DNA of 64,000 nucleotides from Octopus bimaculoides. Taxonomy: Eukaryota. The position numbers and the translations under genes are program-made. The DNA lies in NCBI RefSeq assembly GCF_001194135.2, contig NC_068990.1:43465538-43529537 (forward strand), in the 5' to 3' direction. The notes beneath the pieces are model-generated. The model was not told the DNA's origin. It did not search any database and saw only the letters and a program-made list of their open reading frames with translations. Position 1 is the stretch's first letter, and every line of letters begins with the position of its first letter. Below, piece by piece: positions 1 to 13,639 of the stretch.

Positions 1-2830
1 CACTTTAGTGGTCATCGTTATATATAAACATATACTTTAATCCCCTAAGATCTCAAATATTTTTTCTGAATCTCTCTGATTCTTTCAATGTGTTAGCTTC
101 CTGATAATAAATCGATATTAATTAATATCTGACTTTTTACCCTATGTTTTAATTTGATTATATATCTATATCTATATATACATATACATGTATAATGCGC
201 ACACACACAGTATGTATATTCATGGAACCGCTAAACGTGTGTGCAGTATTGAAATGCAGATGTGCCATAAAGAGATCTCTTTTGCTTTGTTAGACTTAAG
301 ACTCCGTCCCCTCTCTCTGTATCTTTATCCATCTTTCTCATCTGTCAAAAACTCTTTTTTAACAACATGGTTTCTTATATCTACATAGCACACACGCAAT
401 CGTTTTATATATATACACATAGATGCATAAACACACGCTTTTAAGCCGCTATATAACACTTTCTGTATATAATAATCAACCACTTGCTCTTGTATTACAA
501 AATCTATTGATATTTATTATACAGAATCACATCACATCGTCTAAACAAAAATAGACATACACACACACACAAATGAACAAAATGGGTTTTATAGGAAGAT
601 TTCGAGTCGTTTAATTCAGTGTTTTGTGTTGCCTTCTCTCACTCTCTCGTCATATTAATGGGTGATTGTCTTCGACAAGTTTCTCTGCCTCTATACTTCA
701 AAGTCTATGATATGCTTTCGTGCATAATCCATTCCTTACATTTGAACGGACATTATTAAAATTAAGGAAGATATTTGAGTGTTTATTATTTTTTTTATCC
801 GTTTCTCTTTTTAATCACTGGAACATTATTTTTTTACAAAGTAATTAAATTTCTATTAGAAGGAATTCGGAGAAATGGAACAATTTTGTCTGCGTCTGTT
901 TATGAAGTTTCCTAAGTGCTATCGAGAAAGCTTAAGCATATTTATTACTTTGGTTCTTTAGAAGATGGTGTTAAAATAGAATGTAATGTTATATAAAGTT
1001 GTAAATGTGGTTGTAAACGTTACTGTGTATGAATATATATATAGTAAAGTGAAAATACTGTAACTGTTTTGAAATTAATGTATGTTGAGAGACATGTCCC
1101 TATCTTTCATCTTTTCGTAATTTCAAATGTGTTCTATTCTGTAAACATGTTACCTCATCTACAAACCAGAAAGCTATTGTTTCAGAATTCCGTTCTTTTT
1201 TTTTTTTTTTTTTAAAGTAAAAACCAGTTTTATTCAATATTCATCATTTCCTGAATTTTATATTAAGAGTAGCCTTTTCTTTGTCTAAATTTTCGGAAAC
1301 ATATATTTTGCGGAGTACATACAACCCTGTTTCTTGTCTGTCAAATGATAAGTTTTTTGATTGTTCTGTTGTAAGATCCATGTTATCTTCCTTATTTTCT
1401 CTCTCACCTCTCTCTCTCTTTCTTCCTCCCCCCTCTCTCTCTACAACACACTTTATAGCATACGATAAAATACAACCGACACATGAAAATATAGTATTTA
1501 GCTTCTCTTGAAATTGTCACTGCCATAACCTTTTTTTTTTTTTAATCTTCAGGGTGGAGGTGTCTCGTCTTTAAGTATTTTGTGTGTGTGTGTCTATCCT
1601 AATGTCCATTTTCTCTTCTTTCTCGCATGTTCTTCCGACTCGTGTGCCTCCGGTATGTTTGTTAGTGTTTATAATATATATATATATATATAGATATCTA
1701 TAGAATGTGTATTTGTGTCTCTATATAGTTGAAAGTATAGTGTAGTAAGTTTTTTTTCTTCTTTACTCTTTACAGAGCCGAAAGAGACATTTTCTTTTTT
1801 TTTTTTCTTTTTTTTTGCTTTCTTTGTGCATGTCTCTCAGTCAAAATAAATATCTCCCTCATCACTCCAGCTCTGTCGTCCCCTCATCTTGATATTGCCC
1901 CCTTTCGTTTTGGCGTTTCTCTCTGGCACACACACATTTATTGTTTTTGACATTAAATATTGGTCAGTCTGTGCGAGATAAAAGCTAATCCATTCCATCA
2001 GTCACATTGATATCCCCAAACAAAACACGCACGCATGCACACAAAATCAAAATATACTGGATAAAGGGACAGGCAGACGGTCACACTTCCTCTCCTCATT
2101 TCATTGTCGTTGATTTTTTTTTTTTGATTTTTCTTATCGCCATAGAGTGACTCGATTTATGCTGTTGTGTTGGCCGAATCAACGACTCCATTCTTTCAAT
2201 TCTTGGTTCTCTTTCCATTCCACTTGACGTTCGATAATGGCCCTTGAAGAGGGGGGGGGGCATGAACGCCTCAGTAATTTCGTTTCCCGTCCATAAATCT
2301 TTCTTCATGATGTCTGTCTTAAGTAAACGGCCCTTATTCTTATTGTCTGTTTCGTTCGTTATTTGGATGTGAAAACATAAAATTGTTCTTCGACAAATTT
2401 ATTTCTTATAATAATTTTCTTACTCCTTGTTTCAAAATGTTTTAAACAATGTCCATCNNNNNNNNNNNNNNNNNNNNNNNNNNNNNNNNNNNNNNNNNNN
2501 NNNNNNNNNNNNNNNTGAAAGAGTTGATAAAAAGTTAGGTTTCACTTCCTACCCAAATGTTGTTCCCTATTTCTGTCACATTATTATTAAAATAAAATCG
2601 TTGATATTTACTGTCCAGCTTACACGACTTGATTGCAACAGAGAAATCTCCATCTTAAAGATTGGCATCCCTCAATAACCAGATTTCTCCTCTGATTACT
2701 GTCATGAGACAGAAATTAGACGCTCAAAGAGGACACATGGAGATATATTTTATTAATTTTAGATTATGGTTTTAAATGGTTGGTTTAAATAACCTTACAT
2801 ATGTGTTCTTTTGGTTAAATTTCGGATAGC
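1..2830. promoter_or_regulatory. CpG-retaining region, putative promoter / 5' UTR territory
   Basis: CG dinucleotides are visibly frequent here (e.g. 2161-2400) and sparse after ~2.9 kb. No decayed TEs recognised; simple repeats and poly-T tracts resemble long UTRs. Function is inferred only. Confidence 0.35.
2458..2515. other. Assembly gap
   Basis: N run. Confidence 1.
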
Positions 2831-3199
2831 CTTTTTTTTTTTTTTTTGTGCCCATGTCTAAAATATCATTTCAATTTTCTGCAGTGAATTACTAGTGTGG
2901 TAGACACCAGTTTAATATAGCTGCTGGGGCTGACTAGTTGATGATATAATAGTTCCTTAGATTTCATCCTATATCGGTTCAGTGGATGGGCAGTTTACGT
3001 CTACAACATGTGCTATATTGATTGTCCTGATAATGTGATCATGCTTGACTTTATGTGTAGTAAAGAAGCTATAAACACTTATTGACTAAACCATTTCTTA
3101 TGTTACCCATGTGAGTAACTCTTTCAGCTTGTATACCAGATGAAAAAATGAGTATAATAGTGCTAAAAATGTATTAATTTTTTTTTTTTTTGCATTTGT

Positions 3200-3900
3200 A
3201 AATAATGAAGGTTAAGTGACGAAGCAAGCTAAAAGTATTTATTAGCAGCAGGGTCAGCAAACGTCCAGTTGCAACAGGAGAGTGGTCCTGTACTGTAAAG
3301 GTATGAGAAAGAATTTAATACTATGAAACTAATGCATATAATGGATTTACATGCAATGTAGGAATTTTGGTGAGTTGAGTAGGAAAGCATAACTTTGGGC
3401 GTACTATCTGCACTGGGTTAACAACAGGCAACATGAGTAGGCATGTATTTGATGACACTCAAATGATCCAAATAGTTTTACAGTTGTAGACAAGATTCTT
3501 TATTGATGATACAATTAACCAAAGAGCGAGGTTGAGTAGTAAGATTGGAAAAAGGAATATTATGATAGATTTACAGTTCCTGGCAAGTCTTTGAGCAAGG
3601 AGCAAACTTTATGAAGTATTTGTAAGATTTTCTTTGCATGCTGTGACTTAGGTGGTAAGACATCTGAGGTAAGGGCAGATGTATGTTTGAGAAATGACAG
3701 GTGTTCTGAGTTTGTGATATGAAAGGATATGAGCATGAATTTATGGAAGATCTGGGAAGAGGCAATCAAATAAGGTTTGAGAACATTGGAACTTAAAGAA
3801 TTGATAACACAAGTCCAGTCAGTGTAGAAAGCTACTGTATCAAGAACCTGTCTTACAACTTGGCATAAAATTGTGTATGAACATTGATGTTAACAGGTCC
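3200..3900 (+). mobile_element. Decayed RTE-clade LINE, 3' part of ORF
   Basis: Broken frames give GEWSCTVK (cf. WPCSICRKGV) and a KLYEVFVR segment (cf. KGRLYDACVRTAMLHGSETW) seen more intact at 61300-61500. Confidence 0.5.
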
Positions 3901-4065
3901 GTTTGATGGCCTTGCTTTTCATATGTGTTAGATAAACTACCATCCAGTTTTTATTGCATGGTATTTTCATTTATAAAAGGACTTAATACTTCATTCTAAG
4001 TATCTTTTTACATGTAAATCAAATATTATCAGTATTTTCCAGTTTTTATGCATTCATTAGTAGCT

Positions 4066-4400
4066 GGCTGTGTGGTGAAAAACTTTGCTTCATAACCACA
4101 AGGTTTAGGGTTTCTTTCTCATGTGTATCATTGCAATCTGGTATCTTCTACTATGGCCTTGAATTGACCAATGCCTTGTGAGTGAAATTGGTAGGTGGAA
4201 ACTAAGAAGCCCATTGAATATGTGTATGTTTGTTTTCTGCTTGTCTTGCTGATGTTTGCATGCTGCCTGAAAGCCAGATCACCATCCTTACAAATGATGT
4301 CATTGTGCAGAGGACTACAGGAAATTTTAGCTTCCTGGTGATAGGAACAGCATTTAGCTGCAAAAATTGACTCAATCTAGCATAGAAAAGTGGATGTTAC
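4066..4400 (+). mobile_element. tRNA-headed SINE, family A (degenerate)
   Basis: Starts ggctgtgtggtgaaaaactttgctt; body tcttctactatggcc...ttggtaggtggaaact...gaagccc matches the better copies at 12281 and 48542. Confidence 0.7.
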
Positions 4401-4699
4401 AATAATAGTAGTCACTTCTGACTTACATAGACCTTCCTTTTGATATCAAATGATTTTTTCAGTTTACAGTACCTTTCTTTGAAATTCATCCAGAGGCCTC
4501 TGTCAGTTAATTGACCATGTATCTGCATTTGTGTATTCAGTTCTGGGCAAGTTTTCTTTTCCCTGCTCTTTCTTATTTTGTGTGTGGAAAACTGGCAGTT
4601 GCCCATGCATGCAATCGTCCAAAGGAAAGATTGCTGCTTTAGGGTCAATACAGCTTAGCAGTATCATTGCAGGTATTGCTGTCAGAAGGCAATAGGGCT

Positions 4700-4870
4700 G
4701 GAACAGAGAGCACTGGGCATATCATCTAATACTCAAATAGTTCTACTAATCCAGCATCCTAGACGAAAGGCAAAGCTGAGCTCAGTGGGATTTGAACACA
4801 GTGCGTTGTCAGAACAAATATTACAAGGCATTTTATCCAAAACTCAAATGGTTTTGCTAGTTGACTGCTT
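4700..4870 (-). mobile_element. SINE family C (Nin-domain-like), antisense, degenerate
   Basis: gacgaaaggcaaagctgagctcagtgggatttgaac...aaggcattttatcc is the reverse complement of the head at 10257 and 62790. Confidence 0.5.
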
Positions 4871-4959
4871 TCTTTGTTTTTTCAAATTCATATTATGCTA
4901 TATATTAATTTCAACTCCTGTCCTGTCTTTGGATGGCAGATATTGTAATATAAACTTTC

Positions 4960-5385
4960 CACTGAAAGTGAATTGTATCTTGAACGATAAACAAAGTCAT
5001 GGAAAAGAAACTCAAAGCTGCAGAAATGTGGTTGTATAGAAAAATGCTTAGAATCTCGTGGGTGCAGAGAGGGATGAATGTGGAAGTGTTGAAGAAGATG
5101 AAAGTGAAGAGACAGTCGATGGATACTATCAGAGAGAGACAGTGGAGATTTGTTGGTCATTTTCTCAGAATGGAGCGTTACATGGTGGAGACTGAGCTGG
5201 TGGGAAAGAGAGTGAGAGGAAGGCAGAGAATGAAGATGTTCAACTGGATGAAGAGAATGAACGTGCAAAGCGAGAAAGTCCTGGGTGATGTTGCAAGAGA
5301 CAGAAATAAATAGAGGAGGAACAAACCATTATTCGTCTACAGCATGGATATGCCCTGACACGAGAGAGAGAGAGAGACTGAAAGA
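4960..5385 (+). mobile_element. RTE/BovB-like LINE 3' end
   Basis: ORF 4999..5313 MEKKLKAAEMWLYRKMLRISW...RQWRFVGHFLR...GKRVRGRQRMK is a typical RTE C-terminus, followed by a (GA)n tail. Confidence 0.8.
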
Positions 5386-5662
5386 ACCTCTTTGACATCA
5401 TGAGAGGTAACAGTCCTTTAAACTTAACTGACATAGTTAAAGTTTTCTGTGATTGCATTCTCATGGGTCACTAACTAGACTGATCACATCTAAGTAAGTA
5501 GAGTTTGCCAACCTGTTTTGAACTGTTATAGAAGTATATTTATCACACTGCTATCAGTTGATCATCATAACACAAGCCAAGTTTATGTTTCTGTTATAAT
5601 AGCCCTTTATTTGAAAATTGTAGGATTAATTAAAAGGGTTCTTTTTAATTAACCATTGTCAC

Positions 5663-5870
5663 TATCATTTGACATCCATGTTCTATGCTGGCATGAGTTG
5701 GATGGTTTGACAGGATCTAATGTGTCCAAGGGCTACATCATGCTTCATTATCTGCTTTGGCATGGTTTCTATAGCTGGATGCCCTTCTGAACACCAACCA
5801 ACTTACAGCATGTACTGTGTGCTTTTTTCATCCCTCTGGTACTAGCGAGGTCACCACGCAGCTCACAAAA
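5663..5870 (-). mobile_element. Short repeat family B (GAT-tailed SINE / RTE 3'-like)
   Basis: atcatttgacatcc...catgctggcatg..ttggatggtttgacagg...tttctatagctggatgcccttc...ccaaccaa, same as 14573, 26774, 27981, 29422, 59908. Confidence 0.7.
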
Positions 5871-6429
5871 CTACAAAACCCTTTGGAGAGGTTTTATGCA
5901 ATGCAAAGAGGGGTTAAAGTATGAGAGAGCAGGTTCTTGTAGAGGAGCTTCATGGCTCAGAACAGGGGGTGAAAATGATCAGGAGCTGCAAGTTCAGGTG
6001 GCTCCTCATAGTATAAGGTGATTAGGTGTGAAAGGGTGGGGTATTGCAAGAAATGGGGCAATGGAAGGTTGGCAACAACTATAAAGATTAGGTAGTGTTT
6101 AAGGGTAGATGTGGGAGTGCTGGATAGGGTACAGAGGAGCACAGCAAGATAGTGATAGTGATTAATGATACAGTCAGCAGGAGAAGGATGAGAAAGATGA
6201 CATGTAGATGGGTAAGTTGCAGAAGTAGTAGGGAGAGGCTGACATGGTGCTTGAGGGGAGATAATTTGGTGGTTCAATGGGGTTGGGTAATGATCACTAA
6301 CTAGTAGCAGAGAGCAATAATTACTGGATGATGGATGCTAACAAGTGAAATGGTCCCATGTAGCAAGAAAAAATGGATTGGTGTTACGGAATAGGATAGG
6401 AGATTAGGTGAAATGCTTGTTTGTGCACT

Positions 6430-7390
6430 TATCTACATATGCTGTGTTTCCAGAAGTCAGTTCTTGTAGATGTGGGTAGGTCTTCTTGAAAGCCTTGTAG
6501 TTGCCAGATATCCCAGTCCTTTTTCATCTCTATGAGGTTCTGGGTCTTAATGTCAACTTAGACCAGTTCATCCCATGTCATCCTGGGTCTCCTTCCACAA
6601 GCTCCAACTGCATTAAGTGATTCACATTTCCTTATACAACTGTCCTCATCCATATGCATTACTTGTCCTTATCAGCATAGTCTTCTTTCTTGCCCACTAC
6701 ATCCTCTTATACCCAGTTTTCCTCTCAGCACATATCTTGTTTGTGCATTCTGTGAGGCATACTTCATTTTTTCCAGTCTTCTCAAGTCTTCTGCTTTCAA
6801 AATCCATGTCTGTCTTGCAGTGTTGCAATTCTTACACAAACATCTTCCAATCTGCCCTTCATTCTGGGAAAAACCTAGACCTTTGTTGCCAACAGTGGTA
6901 GTAATTCCTTGAATTTTCTCCAACCCATTCTTACTCTGGCTACTATACTCTTGGAGCAGCCACCTCCCTTATTAATTTCTTCAATTGGATAAAAGCTAAC
7001 AACTACTTCTAGTGAGCTATCCAGCTATTCAAGAGCATTTATTTCCAGTGTGTTCATAGTTCATACTGCTCCAGTGCATCTATCACATACAAAGCTTATA
7101 TTCTCTTTTAATCTGTTTGCAATTTCATTGCATCTCTTGTGTGTCCATTGCTTACATTATGTACAACACATGGAGTTTATACCTACTCTTTTTCTGCATA
7201 TCAAGCGGGGCCATTTCCCTAAAGGTATCAGGGTCCTGTCTTTCTTCCTTTTCACAGGAACCTTCATCTTTGCTAAATTTACCTTAAGATCTTTTGATTC
7301 TAGGTTTAGCTTCCATACCCAGAATTTCCACTTTAATTCAGTTATGAAGTCTAGGTTTTCTGCATATAGTTCCCATTGACATCCAGTCTA
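6430..7390 (-). mobile_element. RTE LINE, end of RT to 3' end
   Basis: Minus strand gives WELYAENL (YADD-like), LESKDLKVNLAK, a Cys/His finger, EDLRRLEK, QERRL and a GRPRK-type motif; track ORF 6672..6923. Confidence 0.85.
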
Positions 7391-8732
7391 AAAATCCTCT
7401 GTGATGGCCTGTAGGATTATGATGAATAGACATGCAGTGTCTAGAAAATGAAGGATTGTGTGAATAAGTTGCATGTATATTCCATGCAATGGCACTGAAT
7501 ACATTTATTTAAAATGAAGCTGAAGAACAATACTTGTGAATAGAGTTTTGCACACTAAGATCAAATATGATAGGTTGCATATATCCAATGGCAAGTTGTT
7601 AATCACTTTTTGTCTTGCTCTTGCCACTTAAATAAAAAATTCTTCACTGAAGAGATTAATTAGACTGAAACATCGATCACTTTCACTAATTGCCTTTAAA
7701 GAGCAGATCCACTCATATTTCCAGTGTCTTATGCTCAAAAATTTTGATCAGCTGATTTTATTGGCGTTATCTGGCTTGATAGTTGTTTTAGATTTTAATT
7801 ACCCCTTCCTTGATGGTACTTTTTCTAGTAATTACCGAGATAATTGCACTTACTGAATTTTTTTTCAGTTCACTGTATTCCATATGTGAGGCCATACTGT
7901 ATTTGTACTGAGTATACAAAATATTCCCTTGAGGTATTTTCTCTGAGCCATGTTGTTGTGAGTAAACATCACCTACATTCACACTTCACACACACAGTTT
8001 AGTCTTGCCAAGTATTTTGTTTTAATGAAGAGGTCTAATAAAACTGAAACATGCTTCACTTTCACCCATTTCCTTTAAAGACAAACTAATCGAACTTGCA
8101 TCATCTCTATTGCCCAAAAATTTCATTCATCTGATCTTATTGGATTTATCTCCCTTGCTGATTTGAAATTTGAAATACTCTTGTAGGTTTTAATTGCTTT
8201 AACATCCATTTTCTACGCCCGCATAGGTTGGACTGTTTGACAGGGACTGCATCAGGCTTTATTGTCACTTCTGGCATATTTTCTAAAGCTAGATGCCCTT
8301 TCTGACTTCAACCACTTTACAGTGTACTGGGTGCTGTTTACATGGCACGAGTCCCAACCATATATGTGCTTAATATATAGCAAGTTCTCTTGGTATTTTC
8401 TCTCAGCTACATTGTTGACATTCATAATCTTCATTATTATATTTCCCCGTCCCTTTTACCTTTCTATGTGTGTATGCATGTACTCTGCTTCTATTCTCCT
8501 CCTATCTCCCTTCTCATACCTTGAGAGTCCTGCCCTGTTACATCATCCCCACCATCCTTTCTCCCTTTCCCGTGTATCTCCTCTACAAGACACCTATTCC
8601 TGTTCTTTCCTAATTTAGCCCCTCTACACCTGACGCAAAGCTGCTCCTTCCATGCTGCACACTTACACTGTCAAGGTGTTTTATCTTGTAAGTTATTTGG
8701 CAATTCTGTTAGCACTGTCTCATAAAAGCAAC

Positions 8733-8856
8733 CCAGTGGTTGGCATTAGGAAGGGCATCCAGTCATAGAAACCTATCCAAAGTAGACACTGGAGACCAAC
8801 ATAGCCCTTGGACTAGTTGAACCAGCAAACACAAAACTTAGATGTTAAATGATATA
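8733..8856 (+). mobile_element. Short repeat family B, sense fragment
   Basis: gtggttggcattaggaagggcatccag...agaaacc...gatgttaaatgat, the reverse complement of the family B core. Confidence 0.65.
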
Positions 8857-10256
8857 TATATATAATACCAATATGCTTTGTTATGGAAGTTAAATTTCTC
8901 TAAAACCTGTCTATTGTTTTCACTGGTTGCCTTCAAAGCCAGACCCACTCTTGCCTGCATTATTATCCAACTATTTCACTCTACTGATCTTATTACAATT
9001 ATCTCTCCTTTTTTAGATTTTGTGAGACCTAACTGTAGCTATTAAAATCCCGTTTAATTTGAGTTTATGTGTCTGCACAGTTGTCAGGTGCTTCTTTCCT
9101 AGACGGTAGAATATCAACCCTATTTAGAAGGATATCCATTTCAATGATATGGTAAATTATGATTCATGTGGCAAATGGTTTGTAAAGTCAATGCTTCTGA
9201 TGAAGTGAGAGGCATAAATTGAGTGGGATTCACTGCATGTGCATTTTGAATTTTGAGATTTAAGTGTAGGTGTGGAGAAAGGTAGAACTGTCATTAGGCT
9301 TGTAATGAGAAGACAGTATCTGGAGGAATGTGCACAAGACTAGACTTTGCTGATGATAAAAATGTATGGCTGAAATATATAGACAGATGCTGTTTGTATA
9401 TATATGTTTGACTTACACCAGCATGGAGATCAGGTATTTCCAATGGTGATGACATGTTCATGATTTCATACATGCTTTAAGATATTGTAGTCATTTTGCA
9501 GTTTGTGGGATCATGATGTAAATTTACCATGCAGCCATTCCTAGCAGTAAAAGCCATAAGATTATGAGATGCATGCAGATATGACCATGTGTAGGCAAAT
9601 GATATCTACTGAACAGTAGATTGCAAGAATGCTGTATTCATTTATGAACTATGGTTACACTGAACATGAATTCATCATCTTGACGGATCAGTAAGTTTAA
9701 TACCTTTATACTGAGCAGACTACTAATGATGGATTTTAAAAGTTGTCTATCATTGTCTTGTGATACAAGGTTCATTATTTCATTTGACTTAGTATTGCTT
9801 TTTCAGTTTTTTAAACTTTTACTACAAGTTCTTGCACTTTAAGGTTTTGTGTCAAAGGATATGAACTCAGCACTGAAATTATTTGATAATTCCTATTTAA
9901 TAGGAAAATGCCCAAATAACTACATGCGCTTCAGAGTTTTCTTCTCAATTGTACTGTCTGGTAAGTATAGCTAGAGAAGCTTATTACACTTCAGCAATTA
10001 CACTGGTAATTAAATATGAACTATCAGTATTTTAGTGACTCTATCTGTTACTGTTTCAGTTTGGCTGGATATATTCATGTTTGTTTTTATTTTGCCAAGT
10101 ATTCAACCTTGTTTGTGAATTAGATGAATAATTCAGTAAATGATTATCAAATACTGTTCAAATGTTTTAGCATTTCTGGAGCTATGTTTCAGGACTCATT
10201 TGCTCCTCTTGTCTTCAGCTTTGTAATTTAGTTGGTAATATTTTGTTTCATACAGA

Positions 10257-10390
10257 GGGCAGTGAGCTGACAGGATTATTAACACGTCAGACAAAATGCT
10301 TAGCAGCATTTCATGTCTTTACATCAGCTTTGCCTGTCATTCTTTCAGGGTCAATAAAATAAGTTCCAGTTGAACACTGGGGTCATGCTG
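10257..10390 (+). mobile_element. SINE family C (Nin-domain-like)
   Basis: ggcagtgagctgacagg...aaaatgcttagcagcattt...ttgcctgtcattctttcagggtcaataaaataagttccag resembles the Nin central domain as recalled; related copies near 52435, 56085, 62790. Confidence 0.6.
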
Positions 10391-11309
10391 GCCTGATGCC
10401 GAAATTTAAACCCAATATTTTGTTTCATACTTATATCTGCTCCTCGTCTGTAATCCTTATCAGTAACATAGCTATGTGATGTCCTGTTTCCTATTGCCTA
10501 GTTATACACATTAGTATACATAACCCAACTGTATACATTTCAAATGCATTTAGTCATGGAGAATTAATAAATCTGTTCATTTCTAATTGAGAAACCTTTT
10601 CTACTTCCTGTTTTGTTTGCTAGTCGTTTGTTTTCATATCAGTTTAAAAGTGCCCTTAACTGTTGCATCATCTATCTGTGAAACCCTTTTAATTAAATTT
10701 TTAAGTGCCTCCTAAAACTTGTGATAAAATGCAGATGTTAAAAAAGCTCCAAGTTGGTTGTGATCTTGGTATGCACAGTGATATTTAAGAGATTGAGAAT
10801 GTTAGGTATTTCTTAGTGCATTTAAATATGCTTCTAGACTACATAAGAATAAATAGATGTCCAGTGTAAAGTTTAGCCAAGGAAAACAAGGAACAAGATT
10901 GTAATTATCTTTGCTTGTTACAATGACGCTATCTAGTGAGTATCTATAACAATCTACTTAAGAGTTAGAGCTCTTGAAAATAATGCTATAAAAATGAAAT
11001 TAATAACTGTTTAAAGGAAGTCCAACCCATGCCAGTATGGACAATGGTGACAATGATGATTTTCTGTATCATAAGAATTCTAAAATTTATCTCGTGTTCT
11101 TTTTGATCCTTTATTTTTAGTACCTTATGCCATCGACAAAACAGCATCTTTTTCAACCAGTCTGAAACCATCTGTTTAAAATGGAAAATTTAATCACGGA
11201 ATTTGACAACTATCTTTGGTAAATGTAGCATACCAGAATGGAAAAGCTTTCAAATTTTGACAAATAAAGCTGCTGAGTTAAAACTAGTTAAAATGTGTGT
11301 GTGCTCACA

Positions 11310-11450
11310 TGGCTAGGCGTTTAAAATGTTTGTTTCCCACCCTCATGGTTTTGGGTGGCACTTTGGCAAGTGTCTTCTGCTCTAGCCCCAGTCCAACCAA
11401 AGCATTGTAAGTGGATTCAGTCGGCAGAAACTTAATGAAGCCCATTGTAT
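11310..11450 (+). mobile_element. SINE family A, head/body fragment
   Basis: ggcactttggcaagtgtcttctgctctagcccc...gtggattcagtcggcagaaact...gaagccc. Confidence 0.65.
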
Positions 11451-11484
11451 GTATATATGTGCATACATATCTTGCCTTTATTTT

Positions 11485-11855
11485 TTGTTATTAGACTGTG
11501 GTCATGCTGGGGCACCACCTTGAAAGGTTTAATTGAACAAAACAACTCCATTAGATTTTTTTAAAGTCTGGTATATATTCTTTCAACCTCTTTTTATCAA
11601 ACTGCTAAGTTAGAGGGGCATAAACAGACCAGCACCAGTTAACAAGTGATGGTAGGGGTCAGACACAGACAGATGTGTGTGTGTATATATATATATGTGT
11701 GTGTGTGTGTATGTATGTATATATGCATACACACATACATAAACACACACATATACAATGAAATTCACTTTCAAGGCTTTGGTCTGGCTAAGGCCATAGT
11801 AGAAGACATTTGCCCAAGGTGTCATGCAGTGGGACTGAACCCAAAACTAGGTTGA
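11485..11855 (-). mobile_element. SINE family A, antisense
   Basis: ctgtggtcatgctggggcaccacc ... caaggctttggtctggctaaggccatagtagaagacatttgcccaaggtgtcatgcagtgggactgaacc, with internal CA/TA microsatellite. Confidence 0.8.
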
Positions 11856-12280
11856 GCAGCAAGACCATCATCTGTGTCATTTAACCAGTGTCTTTATTTC
11901 CAATTTTTTGCAGAAATCTGTCCAGTCATGGGGAAATATTAACTTGCTTGGAAACAGGTTAGAGAATTTGACAGGAAGGGCATCAAGCTGTAGAAAATTT
12001 ACCTCAGTGAACTCTGACCTATGGAAGCATGGAGAAACAGATGTTACATAATGTATTGTGTGTATGTTTGCATTTAGATGTGAGTACCAGCTACAGATAG
12101 AACAAGTGCCCTGGTTGACCATTTGAGCTAAGTACTGTTGCTAAGTGAAACTCATGCCATTCATTCCTTTTGAAGGAGATACTATAAATATTTAACTGTT
12201 CAATCTTATAGGTACAGGTTTGGCTGTGTGTTTAAGAATTTTAAGAATGAAATTGGTAGATGGAAACTGAATGGAAGTTT

Positions 12281-12642
12281 GTGTGGTAAGTAGCTTGCTT
12301 ACCAGCCACATGGTTCTGGGTTCAGTCCCGTTGCGTGGCACCTTGGGCAAGTATCTTCTACTATAGCCTCGGGCCGATCAAAGCCTTGTGAGTGAATTTG
12401 GTAGACGGAAACTAAAAGAAGCCCATTGTATCTATGTATATATATGTGTCTGTGTTTGTCTCCCCAACATAGCTTGACAACCGATGCTGGTGTGCTTACG
12501 TCCCCGTAACTTAACAGTTCGGCAAAAGAAACCAATAGAATAAGTACTAGGCTTACAAAGAATAAGTCCTGGGGTTGATTTGCTCGACTAAAGGCAGTGC
12601 TCCTGCATGGCCGCAGTCAAATGACTGAAACAAGTAAAGAGA
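12281..12642 (+). mobile_element. SINE family A, near full length
   Basis: tRNA-like head with B-box-like ggttcagtccc, body, internal (TA/TG)n, tail gactgaaacaagtaaagagag. Confidence 0.9.
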
Positions 12643-12646
12643 GTAT

Positions 12647-12802
12647 NNNNNNNNNNNNNNNNNNNNNNNNNNNNNNNNNNNNNNNNNNNNNNNNNNNNNN
12701 NNNNNNNNNNNNNNNNNNNNNNNNNNNNNNNNNNNNNNNNNNNNNNNNNNNNNNNNNNNNNNNNNNNNNNNNNNNNNNNNNNNNNNNNNNNNNNNNNNNN
12801 NN
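12647..12802. other. Assembly gap
   Basis: N run flanked by TA repeat. Confidence 1.
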
Positions 12803-13639
12803 ATATATTTCATGTTATTTGCTCCATTGGTGACATCCTGTACCCATATATGTATGGAATTTACCATTTCTGCCTCGTGCATGAGGTCATCAGAGCTAAA
12901 AAAAAGAAAAAATTTTGTTTTGCTTACATTCTTAATGAAGATCATGTCCCATAGCTCAGTGCTCTAAAAGTAGTGGGATAAAAACTGGGACAGCATGTAG
13001 TCATAAAAAGTATTGCTGTAAAACAAATGAATGAATGTATAAAGAAAAAACTACTTATCATATTGGAAAGATAACTATGTTAAAAGAAATTTCTAGTTTA
13101 ACTTTGCTCATCCTAATTTTTCTTTGTGTGTGTGTGTATACACATTAAAACCTTAATCTACAATTTTTTGAATATCTACTTGCAGTGTGCAACACTTAAA
13201 GATTTATATATACATATATCATTATTTTAGCATCAACTTTTTCATGCTTATGTGTGTCAAATGGAGTTTATTGAAGTAGATTTTCTATGGCCAAATACAT
13301 TTCGTGTTGCCAACCCTCACCTGTTTCCAAGCAAGGTAATTTCCCCATGGGCAGACATGTTTTCACAAAATATTTAAAATGAATGACACTGCTTGTATGA
13401 CTGATACATGTTTACAGCTATCATGTGATGTCAAGGTAAGGTGGTACAAAAATAGGGCTGAACTTGAAACCATGTGGTTAAGAAGCAAACTTCTTTACCT
13501 CACAGTGAAGCCTGCACATGTATGTGTGTCAGGAAAGCAGTTTGATCATTATTGATAGTTTCTGAGATGCTGAAAAACATTAAGCAATATACAGTATGCA
13601 TAATCAGCTGTTATTTTCCATACCTGGCATAGCAGTATT

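Noticed and set aside
2237-2296. + strand ATG GCC CTT GAA GAG GGG... (MALEEGGGHERLS) as DCAF15 exon 1
   Set aside because: The nearby donor is phase 1, not the required phase 0, and no conserved residues are evident.
2096-2308. Minus-strand 70-aa ORF MKKDLWTGNEITEAF...
   Set aside because: No recognised homology, passes through G and T homopolymers, no splice donor; more likely UTR.
12281-12350. tRNA-like A/B boxes (also 47528, 48542)
   Set aside because: SINE heads with no complete cloverleaf.
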